Assembly: GCA_044361815.1 (NCBI GenBank)
Contig: JBIKID010000001.1
Span: 38,103 to 102,102 of the forward strand
Direction: 5' to 3'
Source of the DNA: Ilumatobacteraceae bacterium
GTDB lineage: Bacteria; Actinomycetota; Acidimicrobiia; Acidimicrobiales; Ilumatobacteraceae
DNA length: 64,000 nucleotides
Below, piece by piece: positions 1-10,103 of the stretch (position 1 is its first letter; the number at the start of each line of letters is the position of its first letter). A program made the translations under genes and the position numbers. The notes below the pieces were generated by a model. The model was not told the DNA's origin. It was given only the letters and a program-made list of their open reading frames with translations, and did no database searches.

Positions 1-1
1 C

Positions 2-559
2 CGTTTCCGTTGGGGTCTCATCACCGACATTCAGCCGCCAGACATGGAAACACGTCTTGCAATTTTGCGCAACAAGGCCGAGCGCGAGAACACCTTCGTT
101 TCTAACGACGTACTTGAGTTCATTGCCAGCAACGTCACCAGCAACATTCGTGAACTCGAGGGTGCGCTAATCCGTGTCGGCGCCTACGCCAGCCTCAACA
201 AAACAGTTGTTGACATTTCGTTGGCACAAAAACTGCTTGTCGACTTGCTCACACGCTCTGCCCCAAAGCCGCGCACAGATGAGCAATTGTTGATCGAGAT
301 TTCTGACCACCTGGGTTTTGATGTCGAGGCAATGAAGGGCAAGAGCCGTCAGCGTCCGTTGGTCTTGGCTCGCCAAACAGCAATGTATGTGTTTCGCGAA
401 CTCACCGACCTCAGTTACCCAGCGATCGCAAGGCTTTTTGGTGGGCGAGACCACACCACCGTGATCCATGCAGTTGACAAAACCAAGCGGATGATGAGCG
501 AGCGCAAGCAAGTGTTCGAACAAGTGACCGAACTCGTCCAAAAGTTCAAGACGTCGTAA
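2..559 (+). CDS. dnaA: Chromosomal replication initiator DnaA, C-terminal part (5' end outside window)
   Basis: Frame open from window edge ([22 protein letters not shown]...). Domain IV DNA-binding motif [34 protein letters not shown]. Followed by a DnaA-box spacer and dnaN. Confidence 0.95.
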   Translation, partial: RFRWGLITDIQPPDMETRLAILRNKAERENTFVSNDVLEFIASNVTSNIRELEGALIRVGAYASLNKTVVDISLAQKLLVDLLTRSAPKPRTDEQLLIEISDHLGFDVEAMKGKSRQRPLVLARQTAMYVFRELTDLSYPAIARLFGGRDHTTVIHAVDKTKRMMSERKQVFEQVTELVQKFKTS

Positions 560-839
560 CAGGCCCAAAAATGAACGCCTCACTACTGCAGCAAAACATG
601 TGGACAACCGTGTGCAAAGACAGTGCACAATCGGTGGATAAACAAAGGTTGTCCACTGCGCCAAAAACTACACAGTTGCAAGATGTGACAAGCGGGTTTG
701 GTGTGTGTGAGGTTGCAACCGTTGGTGTAATTGGGAAACACACCCTTTATCCCCAATCCACAGGACTTATTACTGTTATTAGTTCTTCTTACAAACATCC
801 ACATTTAACGATAAACAGCGTGAAGCAAGGGAGCAGGCA
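560..839. promoter_or_regulatory. Probable oriC (DnaA-box cluster plus AT-rich stretch) in the dnaA-dnaN spacer
   Basis: DnaA-box 9-mers: tgtggacaa 599-607 (perfect complement of actinobacterial TTGTCCACA). Three 8/9 matches: ggtggataa 633-641, ttgtccact 649-657, ttatcccca 747-755. Weaker 7/9 matches at 754-762 and 795-803. AT-rich run about 765-815 just before dnaN. The ORFs listed here (571-843 +, 583-804 -) have no protein-like features. Confidence 0.6.
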
Positions 840-1937
840 ATGAAATTCAGAGTTGAGCGAGAGGTTCTTGCTGAGGCACTTGGGGCTGCAGCACGAGTTG
901 CATCCACACGTAACAACGCAATGCCCGCACTGTCCGGCGTTCGCATCGAAGTCACAGGCGACAAGTTGTTGTTGTCATGCACCGACAACGATCTTTCAGT
1001 GCAATTTGTTTTGAATGTTGGCGGTTTGGAAGACGGCATCGTTGTAGCAAGCGCAAAATTGATGAGCGACATTGTTCGGTCGATGTCAGAAGGCAAAGTA
1101 ACTGTTGAAACCACTGGCGAAACCGTCAGCGTAAGTTCCGGCCGCGCGCAGTTCACCGTGCCAACATTTGCAGCAAGCGATTTTCCAAACATTGTTCAAG
1201 CAAGTGCTCCACCGGTCACACTCGCAGCAAGTGTTTTCGCAGATGCCTTGCGTCAAGTAGTTCGAGCAGCATCGTCGGACATGCAACGTCTAGCCCTCAC
1301 CGGCGTGTTGATGGCAGCCGAACCAGAGGGTTTACGCCTTGTTGCAACTGACTCATACCGTTTGGCCGTTCGCGATCTTCCAGGCAGCAACATCTTGGGT
1401 CACGGCGAAAAAGTGGTTATTCCAAGCCGCGCTCTCAACGAACTGCAACGACTGCTTGCAAGCGGCGAAGAGGCTTCGCTCAGTTTGGCTGGCGACCGCG
1501 CAACATTTACTGTTGGCCAAGCCACGCTCAGCACAAGCTTGTTGCAAATCGAATTTCCCAACTACCGCCAACTCATTCAGCCGAGTTACCCAAACACATT
1601 GACCACAGCGCGCGAACCGCTGTTGGAAGCAATTCGTCGTTGCCGCATTTTGGCTCGCGAAACCACTCCGGTGCGGCTCGAGATGACAGCAACTTCACTG
1701 AAGTTGATTGTTACCACTCAAGATGTTGGCAACACTGTTGAAGAACTCGACGCATCAATGGTTGGTTCCGATATCACGGTCGGTTTCAACCCCGAATATC
1801 TTGCTGCCGGCATCGAAGCAGTGAGCGGTGACGAAATCACTATTCAAACAACCGACCCGATTAAACCTGCGGTATTGCGCGGAGTTGGGGCACCGGACTA
1901 TTTGTACTTGGTGATGCCACAACGCCTCACCAACTAG
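840..1937 (+). CDS. dnaN: DNA polymerase III beta sliding clamp
   Basis: 365 aa. Canonical position after dnaA. Clamp-like three-domain repeat pattern and the ATDSYRLA motif. Confidence 0.93.
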   Translation: MKFRVEREVLAEALGAAARVASTRNNAMPALSGVRIEVTGDKLLLSCTDNDLSVQFVLNVGGLEDGIVVASAKLMSDIVRSMSEGKVTVETTGETVSVSSGRAQFTVPTFAASDFPNIVQASAPPVTLAASVFADALRQVVRAASSDMQRLALTGVLMAAEPEGLRLVATDSYRLAVRDLPGSNILGHGEKVVIPSRALNELQRLLASGEEASLSLAGDRATFTVGQATLSTSLLQIEFPNYRQLIQPSYPNTLTTAREPLLEAIRRCRILARETTPVRLEMTATSLKLIVTTQDVGNTVEELDASMVGSDITVGFNPEYLAAGIEAVSGDEITIQTTDPIKPAVLRGVGAPDYLYLVMPQRLTN

Positions 1938-1960
1938 TAACGCCGTAGTGTTGCCCAACT

Positions 1961-3052
1961 GTGATTATTCAACACCTGGAGCTCACCGACTTTCGTAACT
2001 ATGCGTCAGCGCAGATCACGTTGACCGATGGTGTCACTGCGGTCATTGGCGACAACGGGCAGGGCAAAACAAACCTTGTTGAAGCGTTGTCGTATTTGGC
2101 AACTCTTAAAAGTTTTAGGGGAGTGCCCACCGATGCAATGATCCGCACCGGCGCCAACACGGCCGTCATTCGGGCAACTATTACTCATTCAGATGGCCGC
2201 GAGGTGCTGATCGAGGCCGAACTCAGCCGCACGGGTCGCAATAAGGTGCTGGTAAACAAGCAAAAATTGGCCAAAACCCGCGATTTGTTGGGGGTTGTGC
2301 GCACCACGGTGTTTTCCCCTCAAGACCTCAACCTTGTGCAAGACGCTCCGTCGGTTCGCAGAGATTTTTTGGATGACGCACTGGTGGCCTTGTGGCCCAA
2401 ACAAGATGCGTTGTGCGTCGAAGTTGAGCGTGTGCTCAAACAGCGAAACGCGCTACTGAAACAATCGGGTGGACGACTTTCGCCCGACATCGCGATAACA
2501 CTCGATGTGTGGGACGAAAAGTTGTCGACACACGGAACACAACTTGGTGACGTCCGCGCACAAATGCTTGAGATGTTGTTGCCACAAGTGCAAGCCGCAT
2601 ATGTAGAGCTTGCCGAACTCAAGGAAGGTCAAACTCCTATCGGCATGTTGTATGCACCCGAATGGCGAACAACAGGACTTGCTCGCTGTTTGGTGGAGAG
2701 TCGCAACGATGATCTGAGGCGCGGTTCAAGCACGGTTGGTCCGCACCGCGACGACATCGAGTTGTCAATTAATGGTTTGCCTGCGCGAACACATTCATCC
2801 CAGGGAGAGCAACGCACCCTCGCGCTTGCACTGCGGTTGGCTGTGCACCGCCTCATCACCACCGAAATCGGCAGCCCACCGGTGCTGATCCTCGACGATG
2901 TGTTGTCCGAATTAGACCCACATCGCAGCGCGGCACTCCTTCGGCACTTCCCGCTAGGCCAAGTGCTTATTACGTCTGCGGGGGTTTTGCCCCAAACTGC
3001 ACATCCAGACACTCTCGTACACATTGAAGGCGGAACCATCCGTGAGTCCTGA
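1961..3052 (+). CDS. recF: DNA replication/repair protein RecF
   Basis: GTG start. Walker A GDNGQGKTNLVEA, SMC-type signature SQGEQRTLALAL, Walker B LILDDV. Synteny dnaN-recF. Confidence 0.93.
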   Translation: MIIQHLELTDFRNYASAQITLTDGVTAVIGDNGQGKTNLVEALSYLATLKSFRGVPTDAMIRTGANTAVIRATITHSDGREVLIEAELSRTGRNKVLVNKQKLAKTRDLLGVVRTTVFSPQDLNLVQDAPSVRRDFLDDALVALWPKQDALCVEVERVLKQRNALLKQSGGRLSPDIAITLDVWDEKLSTHGTQLGDVRAQMLEMLLPQVQAAYVELAELKEGQTPIGMLYAPEWRTTGLARCLVESRNDDLRRGSSTVGPHRDDIELSINGLPARTHSSQGEQRTLALALRLAVHRLITTEIGSPPVLILDDVLSELDPHRSAALLRHFPLGQVLITSAGVLPQTAHPDTLVHIEGGTIRES

Positions 3053-3425
3053 CGACGAGAGCGAAAACATGATCGAAAACATGAGCGACGAAACGAACGA
3101 AAGCATGAGCGAAGCAACCATCAACTCGAGCAGTTCGCTGGCTGGTGCACTCGACGCGCTACTCGACCGACTTGGTGCCGAAACAGCAACCGTGATCACA
3201 GGTGTTTTTGGAGAGTGGCCAAAAATAGTCGGCGAACAAGTTGCCCAACACGTCACACCAATCAAACTTGAGCGAGGTCGCCTCATCGTCGAAATTGATG
3301 ACCCGTCGTGGGCGACTCAAATGAGGTTTCTAGAACCGCAACTAGTTGAAAAATTAAACACCGCGACAACAAGCACAATTACCTCTATTGAAGTGCGAGT
3401 AAAACGCAATCCGCGCAACAGGTAA
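3024..3425 (+). CDS. DUF721 / DciA-like protein (Rv0004 position)
   Basis: Lies between recF and gyrB as in other actinobacteria. Core PKIVGEQVAQHVTPIKLERGRLIVEIDDPSWATQMRF. Start uncertain (TTG 3024 or GTG 3042, both overlap the recF stop). Confidence 0.7.
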   Translation: MKAEPSVSPDDESENMIENMSDETNESMSEATINSSSSLAGALDALLDRLGAETATVITGVFGEWPKIVGEQVAQHVTPIKLERGRLIVEIDDPSWATQMRFLEPQLVEKLNTATTSTITSIEVRVKRNPRNR

Positions 3426-3505
3426 TTGGTAGACTTCACTGTGTTATTTATGTTGCTCAATTCGCTTAAAAATCCCCTTCGGGGCCCAACTTTTCGGGGT
3501 CAATA

Positions 3506-5473
3506 ATGGCAACTGCCAAAGCCAGTAAATCGTCTACCGCGGGCTCTGCTTCGTACGGTGCAAAAGACATTCAAGTCCTTGAAGGTCTTGATCCAGTTCG
3601 CAAACGCCCAGGTATGTACATCGGGTCAACCGGTCTCGCGGGTTTGCATCACCTCATCTGGGAAGTGGTTGACAACGCAGTCGACGAAGCAATGGCTGGC
3701 TACTGCACGAAAGTAGTCATTACATTGCAAGCCGACGGCTCATGCTCAGTCAGCGACAATGGCCGCGGTATTCCAGTCGACCCATATCCATCTGGCCCGC
3801 ACAAAGGCAAGTCGGCTCTTGAAGTAGTGCTCACCGTGTTGCACGCTGGCGGCAAGTTCGGTGGCGACGGATACAAAGTTTCTGGTGGTCTGCACGGTGT
3901 GGGCGTCAGCGTTGTTAACGCATTGTCCAAAAAACTTATTGCAGAAGTCGACCGCGACGGTGTGCGTTACCGCCAAGAGTTCGTCGACGGCGGCACACCA
4001 AAAACAAAAATCACAAAAGTTGGTGCTTCACCAAGCAAGACAGCAACCGGCACAACCATTACGTTCATTCCAGACCCAACAATTTTTGCTGCTGAAGGCA
4101 CCGAGTTTGTTGCGCGCACTGTCACCGAGCGTTTGCAGACGATTGCATTTCTTAATCGTGATCTTGAAGTGGTGTTCGTTGATGAACGCGCAGACAAAAA
4201 ACAAAAAATCACTTATCAATACAAGGGTGGAATTATTGACTTCGTGAAGCACCTCAATGCGTCACGCGAAGCACTGTTTACCAAGGTCGCTAATTACGAA
4301 GCCAGCGAAGCCGACCAAACACTCGACATTGCCCTGCAGTGGAATACCGGTTATTACGAAGGCATTTATGGCTACGCCAACGGTATTTCCACAGTTGAAG
4401 GCGGCATGCACGTAGAAGGTTTCAAGACAGCGCTTACTTCGGTGCTCAACAAATACGCACGCGCCAGTGGCGGTCTCAAAGAAAAAGAAGAAAACTTGCT
4501 CGGCGAAGACATCCGCGAAGGCCTCACCGCCATTGTTGCCGTCAAACTGCGCGAGCCACAGTTTGAAGGTCAGACAAAAGCAAAACTCGGCAACGTTTCA
4601 ATTCGTTCGTTCGTACAAAAAGAAACCAATGCCAAACTCGAAGAGTGGTTGCAAGAAAACCCAACCGAAGCAAACCGCATTGTTAAAAAAGCAGTGAGCG
4701 CAGCGCAAGCTCGTCTTGCAGCAAAAAATGCACGCAACGCTGTGCGACGCAAAACCGCACTTGCTGGCGCAGGCATGCCAGACAAGTTGAAAGACTGCTC
4801 AAGCACCGACGCAAGCGAAACAGAATTGTTCATTGTTGAAGGCGACTCGGCAGGCGGCACCGCTGTTGATGCACGCGATCCACGCACGCAAGCAATTTTG
4901 CCAATCCGCGGAAAAATTCTCAACGTCGAGCGTGCGCGCATGGACAAGATGTTGAAGAACACTGAAATCCAAACGCTCATCACCGCAATCGGTGGTGGCA
5001 TCGGCAACGACGAGTTCAACAGCGAAAAGGCCCGCTATCACAAAGTTGTGATTCTGGCCGACGCCGATGTCGACGGCAGTCACATCCGCACATTGTTGCT
5101 CACATTCTTCTATCGACAAATGAAACCAATGGTCGAGGCCGGATACATCTACATCGCCCAACCACCATTGTTTTCAACCGAAATCGGCAAGAGCAAGATT
5201 TATCTCAAAGACGACGCAGCAAAAGAGAAGTTCCTGCGCGAAAACCCAAATCACAAAAAGGAATTCCAACGCTTGAAGGGTCTTGGCGAAATGGACTGGC
5301 AAGAGTTGCGTTCCACCACCATGCACGCCGACTCGCGCACATTGCTGCAAGTCACAGTCGATGAAGCTGCTTTGGCAGAAGACATCATGAGCGTGCTCAT
5401 GGGTGACGATGTAGAAAGCCGCAAGTTGTTTATCCAAACCAACGCACGCGACGTGCGCAACCTCGACTTTTAA
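3506..5473 (+). CDS. gyrB: DNA gyrase subunit B
   Basis: 655 aa. GHKL ATPase motifs (EVVDNAVDEA, GGLHGVG), Toprim EGDSAGG, PLRGKILNVE-like IRGKILNVE. Confidence 0.97.
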   Translation: MATAKASKSSTAGSASYGAKDIQVLEGLDPVRKRPGMYIGSTGLAGLHHLIWEVVDNAVDEAMAGYCTKVVITLQADGSCSVSDNGRGIPVDPYPSGPHKGKSALEVVLTVLHAGGKFGGDGYKVSGGLHGVGVSVVNALSKKLIAEVDRDGVRYRQEFVDGGTPKTKITKVGASPSKTATGTTITFIPDPTIFAAEGTEFVARTVTERLQTIAFLNRDLEVVFVDERADKKQKITYQYKGGIIDFVKHLNASREALFTKVANYEASEADQTLDIALQWNTGYYEGIYGYANGISTVEGGMHVEGFKTALTSVLNKYARASGGLKEKEENLLGEDIREGLTAIVAVKLREPQFEGQTKAKLGNVSIRSFVQKETNAKLEEWLQENPTEANRIVKKAVSAAQARLAAKNARNAVRRKTALAGAGMPDKLKDCSSTDASETELFIVEGDSAGGTAVDARDPRTQAILPIRGKILNVERARMDKMLKNTEIQTLITAIGGGIGNDEFNSEKARYHKVVILADADVDGSHIRTLLLTFFYRQMKPMVEAGYIYIAQPPLFSTEIGKSKIYLKDDAAKEKFLRENPNHKKEFQRLKGLGEMDWQELRSTTMHADSRTLLQVTVDEAALAEDIMSVLMGDDVESRKLFIQTNARDVRNLDF

Positions 5474-5506
5474 TTCGCGCAAGCTACGACGAAGGAAACA
5501 GATTTC

Positions 5507-8059
5507 ATGGCCAGCAAAAAACCAACTAGCAAATCAAGCGGCAAAATCACAAAGAGAGTGGCAAAGAAGCCATCAGCGTCTGCTGCTGGTGCGCCACCTG
5601 TCAAACCTCCTGCAGGCCAAGAAAATCTGTTCGCCAACCCAGACTCAGTACAGCCAGTGCAGTTGCAAGACGAGATGGAACGTTCGTTTCTCGACTACGC
5701 GATGTCGGTCATCATGTCGCGCGCACTTCCAGACGTGCGTGACGGCCTCAAGCCAGTTCACCGCCGCATCATTTGGGACATGGACCAGCAAGGGTTTCGT
5801 CCAGACCGCCCATTCGTAAAATGCGCGCGCGTTACTGGCGACACGATGGCTCGTTATCACCCACACGGTGACGGCGCCATCTATGACGCTCTCGTTCGTA
5901 TGGCCCAACCATTCTCGTTGCGTCATCCACTTATCGATTTCCATGGCAACTACGGCTCACCAGACTTTGGTCCTGCAGCAAGCCGTTACACCGAGTCACG
6001 TCTTCACCCGCTTGCAATGCAACTGCTTGCCGACATCGACGAAGACACTGTCGATCTCATTCCTACATATGACGGCACATCGGAAGAACCGATTGTGTTG
6101 CCAGCACGCTTTCCAAACTTGTTGGTCAACGGCAGCCAAGGCATCGCCGTGGGCATGGCAACCAGCATTCCGCCGCACAACTTGGGCGAAATCATTGATG
6201 CAACATTGCACCTGCTCGCAAATCCAGAGGCCACCCCAGATGATTTGATGAAGTTTGTCAATGGCCCCGACTTCCCAACCGGCGGTTTGATCTTGGGTCG
6301 TGCAGGCATCATCGACGCCTATCGCACCGGCCGAGGAAGCATCAAGACACGCGCCAAAGTTTCCATTGAAGAGGGCCGTCGTGGGCAAATGCAGATCATC
6401 GTTTCCGAATTGCCATATCAAGCAAGTTGTTCGGCAATCGCTTCGCGAATTCAAGAGTTAGTAGACGGCGGCGACCTCGATGGCATTGCCGACGTCAACG
6501 ACAACTCATCGGGTGGCGAAACCAACCTGATCATCACACTCAAACGTGATGCCAACTCAAACGTTGTAATGAACAACCTGTTTAAGTTGACTCAGTTGCA
6601 GTCCAGTTTCCCAGTCAACATGGTGGCGTTGGTAAAGGGTGTTCCTCGCACAGTCAACTTGCGCGATGCACTTGTCGGATACATCGATCACCAAATTGAA
6701 GTCATCACACGCAGGTCCACATTCCGTTTGCAAAAGGCAAACGATCGCAACCACATTCTCGAAGGTCGACTCAAGGCGCTCAACGTCATTGACGAGATCA
6801 TCAAACTGATTCGTGCAAGCGAAGACGCAGCATCGGCCAAAGAAGCGTTGATGGGCAAGAAGTATGGCTTTACCGAGCGTCAGGCCATCGACATTCTCGA
6901 CATGCAGTTGCGTCAACTCACACGCTTGTCACGCATCGATCTTGAAACCGAACAAAAAGATGTGCTTGCACGAATTAAAGAACTGCAAGCAATCCTCAAC
7001 TCTGACACCAAGCTGCGTGCAGTAATCAGCAAAGAAATGACCGCTGTGCGCGACTCGTTTGCAACACCACGTGTTTGCCAGATCACCCACGACGTTGGCG
7101 AACTCGGCGTGGAAGACCTCGTTGATGACAAAGAACTTGTGATCGTGATGACACAGGCTCAATACATCAAGGCCGTGAGCGCAGATTCATTCCGCACCCA
7201 GGGCCGTGGTGGCCGTGGCGTGAGCGGCGCCAAGATGAAGACCGACGACATTGTGCGCAACGTGATCTTCACAACAACGCATGCCTATTTGTTGTTCTTC
7301 TCAAACCGTGGCCGTGTGTATCGCTTGCGAGCACTCGAGATTCCAGAGCGCGAGCGCACCGCAAAGGGCATTCCAATTGTCAACTTGTTGCCGCTGCAAC
7401 CAGGCGAGACCATTCAGGCAATTATCGACACTCGCGAACTCGCAGGTGAGCGATTCTTGTTCTTCGCAACCAAGCAGGGCCAAGTCAAAAAGACAGCGTT
7501 CGACGAATACAACTCAAGTCGCCGTGATGGCCTTATCGCATTGAAGTTGCGTCCGAAAGACGAACTCGTTCGCGTGATCGAAACATCAGGCACCGACGAT
7601 GTGTTTATGGTGACCAAGGGTGGCCAAACAATTCGCTTCGCCGAAAAAGGTGTGCGTCCAATGGGCCGGTCAGCAGCAGGTGTGCGCGGTATGAAGTTGC
7701 GCACATCAGACGAAGTTGTTGCACTTGACATCGCCAAGGACGACTCTGCGATCTTGTTGATCACCGAGTCTGGTTATGGCAAGCGCACTCAACTCACCAA
7801 CTTTGCACGCAAGGGTCGCGGCGGGTTGGGCATGATCGGAATCAAGTTGACAGGCAAGAAGGGCAGCGTCGTTGCAGCCTTTATGGTGGGTATTGAAGAT
7901 GACGTTGTTGTCGTTGCATCGGGTGGAACCACAATCCGCACCCCAGTCAAAGAGATTTCAAGTCAAGGTCGTGCTGCCACTGGTGTGCGCATCATGAGTT
8001 TGGGTGCAGGACAAGTTGTTGCATCTGCAGCACTGGTTCTCGCTCACGACGAAGAATAA
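5507..8059 (+). CDS. gyrA: DNA gyrase subunit A
   Basis: 850 aa. YAMSVIMSRALPDVRDGLKPVHRR, catalytic-Tyr region AASRYTESRL, C-terminal beta-pinwheel repeats. Confidence 0.97.
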   Translation: MASKKPTSKSSGKITKRVAKKPSASAAGAPPVKPPAGQENLFANPDSVQPVQLQDEMERSFLDYAMSVIMSRALPDVRDGLKPVHRRIIWDMDQQGFRPDRPFVKCARVTGDTMARYHPHGDGAIYDALVRMAQPFSLRHPLIDFHGNYGSPDFGPAASRYTESRLHPLAMQLLADIDEDTVDLIPTYDGTSEEPIVLPARFPNLLVNGSQGIAVGMATSIPPHNLGEIIDATLHLLANPEATPDDLMKFVNGPDFPTGGLILGRAGIIDAYRTGRGSIKTRAKVSIEEGRRGQMQIIVSELPYQASCSAIASRIQELVDGGDLDGIADVNDNSSGGETNLIITLKRDANSNVVMNNLFKLTQLQSSFPVNMVALVKGVPRTVNLRDALVGYIDHQIEVITRRSTFRLQKANDRNHILEGRLKALNVIDEIIKLIRASEDAASAKEALMGKKYGFTERQAIDILDMQLRQLTRLSRIDLETEQKDVLARIKELQAILNSDTKLRAVISKEMTAVRDSFATPRVCQITHDVGELGVEDLVDDKELVIVMTQAQYIKAVSADSFRTQGRGGRGVSGAKMKTDDIVRNVIFTTTHAYLLFFSNRGRVYRLRALEIPERERTAKGIPIVNLLPLQPGETIQAIIDTRELAGERFLFFATKQGQVKKTAFDEYNSSRRDGLIALKLRPKDELVRVIETSGTDDVFMVTKGGQTIRFAEKGVRPMGRSAAGVRGMKLRTSDEVVALDIAKDDSAILLITESGYGKRTQLTNFARKGRGGLGMIGIKLTGKKGSVVAAFMVGIEDDVVVVASGGTTIRTPVKEISSQGRAATGVRIMSLGAGQVVASAALVLAHDEE

Positions 8060-8103
8060 TCAGACACTTCACTCTCACCACGCCCCGCGACAACGGAAGC
8101 GCA

Positions 8104-8406
8104 GTGCTCAGTGTTTTGCTGAGTTGCGCATTCACTGCTTTGTCGTTGGGTGGTCTTGTTGTTGTTTCAACCCACATCATTGATCAAACCCGAGCACAAA
8201 TTGCTGCCGATGCGGCTGCATTGGGTGCCGTGTATGGCGGCGAGACAGTGGCGCAAAACATTGCAGTACGCAATGGCGCACAACTGATGAGTAGTACAAC
8301 ACAAGACAATGGTGTGCAATCGGTACGTGTGCGCGTTGGGCGCCAATATGCCACTGCCCACGCTCGCGATAGTTGGGCCCAACAATTGCCTACAATGTCA
8401 CCGTGA
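8104..8406 (+). CDS. Small membrane-anchored protein, TadE/Rv3654c-like (tentative)
   Basis: GTG start. N-terminal hydrophobic helix followed by RAQIAADAAALGA, a pattern I associate with TadE-like pilus-assembly proteins. Stop overlaps the next gene (GTGA). Confidence 0.45.
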   Translation: MLSVLLSCAFTALSLGGLVVVSTHIIDQTRAQIAADAAALGAVYGGETVAQNIAVRNGAQLMSSTTQDNGVQSVRVRVGRQYATAHARDSWAQQLPTMSP

Positions 8407-8813
8407 GTACATCTTCCAAATCAGCCCCACGTGTTCGCCGAGTAACACGTGTAATTCGTGACATCGACCCATGGTCGGTGTTCAAAATTGGATTGATCTT
8501 TCATTTCGTGATCTACCTGATCGCGCTTGTGGCATTGGTATTGCTGTGGAGCGTGGCGTCAGCAACGGGCACCATCGACAACATTCAGCAGTTTATGAAG
8601 TCTTTTGGTTGGGAGTCATTTCAATTCAAGGGCGGCCAGTTGTTTGTCAACGTAATGATTTTGGGATTATTGGCCGTTCTGCTGGCAACCGCCCTGTGGG
8701 TCCTTGCTGCCACAATTTTCAACCTGATCACCGACCTTGTGGGTGGTATTCGCGTGACTGTGCTGGAAGAAGAGGTTGTTGTGGGCTCGGTTGAGAGTCA
8801 AGGTAACCGCTAG
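8403..8813 (+). CDS. DUF3566 transmembrane protein (Rv0007-like, conserved downstream of gyrA)
   Basis: RVIRDIDPWSVFKIGLIFHFVIYLIALVALVLLW...LITDLVGGIRVTVLEE. The ORF track starts at 8373. The in-frame GTG at 8403 overlaps the upstream stop and is preferred. Confidence 0.8.
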   Translation: MSTSSKSAPRVRRVTRVIRDIDPWSVFKIGLIFHFVIYLIALVALVLLWSVASATGTIDNIQQFMKSFGWESFQFKGGQLFVNVMILGLLAVLLATALWVLAATIFNLITDLVGGIRVTVLEEEVVVGSVESQGNR

Positions 8814-8840
8814 TAGGATTTGCGTCCCTGAATCAGATTC

Positions 8841-8914
8841 GGGGCTATAGCTCAGTTGGTTAGAGCGCATCCCTGATAAGGATGAGGTCACAAGTTCGAT
8901 TCTTGTTAGCCCCA
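8841..8914 (+). tRNA. tRNA-Ile (anticodon GAU), CCA not encoded
   Basis: Cloverleaf by hand: acceptor ggggcta/tagcccc, anticodon arm catcc-ctGATaa-ggatg, T-loop gttcgattc. Confidence 0.9.
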
Positions 8915-8927
8915 CGGAGGTAACCCT

Positions 8928-9092
8928 GTGAATTTCATCCGACGCGTTCTGATGGTGCTCGGCATTGCGGGAATTGCTGGTGCTTTGCTGAGGATTCGCG
9001 GAAAGTCTGAGCCGTCAACACAGCGGGGTGGGTGGCGTCCACTCAACCCGCCGGTTGACCCAATCGTTGATCAAACAAACTCTCAGAACTAA
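8928..9092 (+). CDS. Unlisted 54-aa small membrane protein (hypothetical)
   Basis: GTG start 7 nt after a ggagg Shine-Dalgarno (8916-8920). Translation VNFIRRVLMVLGIAGIAGALLRIRGKSEPSTQRGGWRPLNPPVDPIVDQTNSQN has one hydrophobic helix. It is below the 60-aa cutoff of the ORF track. Confidence 0.4.
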   Translation: MNFIRRVLMVLGIAGIAGALLRIRGKSEPSTQRGGWRPLNPPVDPIVDQTNSQN

Positions 9093-9104
9093 CAGCCACA
9101 GATC

Positions 9105-10103
9105 ATGGTTGGTGTCTCGGGTGCTATTGGGGTAATCGGCACTGGGATTACTGGCTCGCGAGTTGTTGAGCATCTTGTCGCAACAAGTTCACTACCGATC
9201 CTGCTGCACGACCAAGACCTTTATTTGGCACAACGACTTGCTGCGGTGCACCAGTCTCACAGTGCGCCAGTGAGTGTTGTCGATTTTGAAACTGTTGCAA
9301 TGTCGTCAGTGGTGGTGCTTGCGTGTGGATCACCACATGCTCCGATTGCGCAAAAACTTCTGGGCCGCGGCGCATCAGTTGTTTCGCTCAGCGACGATCT
9401 TTCAGATGTGATGGATCTTTTGAAGATGCATGATGCAGTGCAGGCAAAAAATAAAACGCTTGTTGTTGGCACAGCTGCTTCACCCGGCATGACTGGGTTA
9501 TTGCTCAGTAGTTTGCAATCCAACTTCGACACCATTGACGAAGCCCATGTTGCACTGCACGGCACAGGTGGCCCAAACTGCGCTGTTCAGCATCATCGTG
9601 CGCTTGCTGGCCAATCAATCGGTTGGCATGACGGTGAGTGGTTGCGCAGGCCTGGTGGAAGCGGACGTGAACTGTGCTGGTTTCCTGAACCAGTTGGCGC
9701 ATACGACTGCTACCGAGCCGAAATGGCGGACCCTGTGTTGTTGAATAGGGCTCAACCACAACTACAACGAATCACTGCTCGTGTTTCGGCCAACCGACGA
9801 GATCGCTTTACTGCTCGGTTGCCAATGTTGGTGCCACCACACGCCGAAGGCGGCATGGGTGCGCTGCGCATCGAGGTCAGGGGTTTTCGCAACGGTTCTC
9901 GCATTGTTGAAATAGCCGGAGTAGCCGAGCGAGTTGCACAAATTGCTGGCGTTGTTGGTGCCACAACTGCATTGTTCGTGCATCGTGGCCAAATAACAAC
10001 CACAGGCACATGCGTGTTGGGTCAAGATTCACTTCCCAACGCAGAAATATTGCGCGACGTGTTAACAGGCGGAATTCGACTCCATCAATTTGTGGGTACG
10101 TGA
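9105..10103 (+). CDS. Saccharopine dehydrogenase-like NAD(P)-binding protein (tentative)
   Basis: N-terminal Rossmann-type IGVIGTGITGSRV. 332 aa. Stop overlaps the start of the Fur-family gene (TGATG). Confidence 0.5.
   Translation: MVGVSGAIGVIGTGITGSRVVEHLVATSSLPILLHDQDLYLAQRLAAVHQSHSAPVSVVDFETVAMSSVVVLACGSPHAPIAQKLLGRGASVVSLSDDLSDVMDLLKMHDAVQAKNKTLVVGTAASPGMTGLLLSSLQSNFDTIDEAHVALHGTGGPNCAVQHHRALAGQSIGWHDGEWLRRPGGSGRELCWFPEPVGAYDCYRAEMADPVLLNRAQPQLQRITARVSANRRDRFTARLPMLVPPHAEGGMGALRIEVRGFRNGSRIVEIAGVAERVAQIAGVVGATTALFVHRGQITTTGTCVLGQDSLPNAEILRDVLTGGIRLHQFVGT

Noticed and set aside
571-843. 90-aa ORF (and antisense ORFs) in the dnaA-dnaN spacer.
   Set aside because: The region carries the DnaA-box cluster and an AT-rich tract. 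The translation has no protein-like features. It is better explained as oriC.
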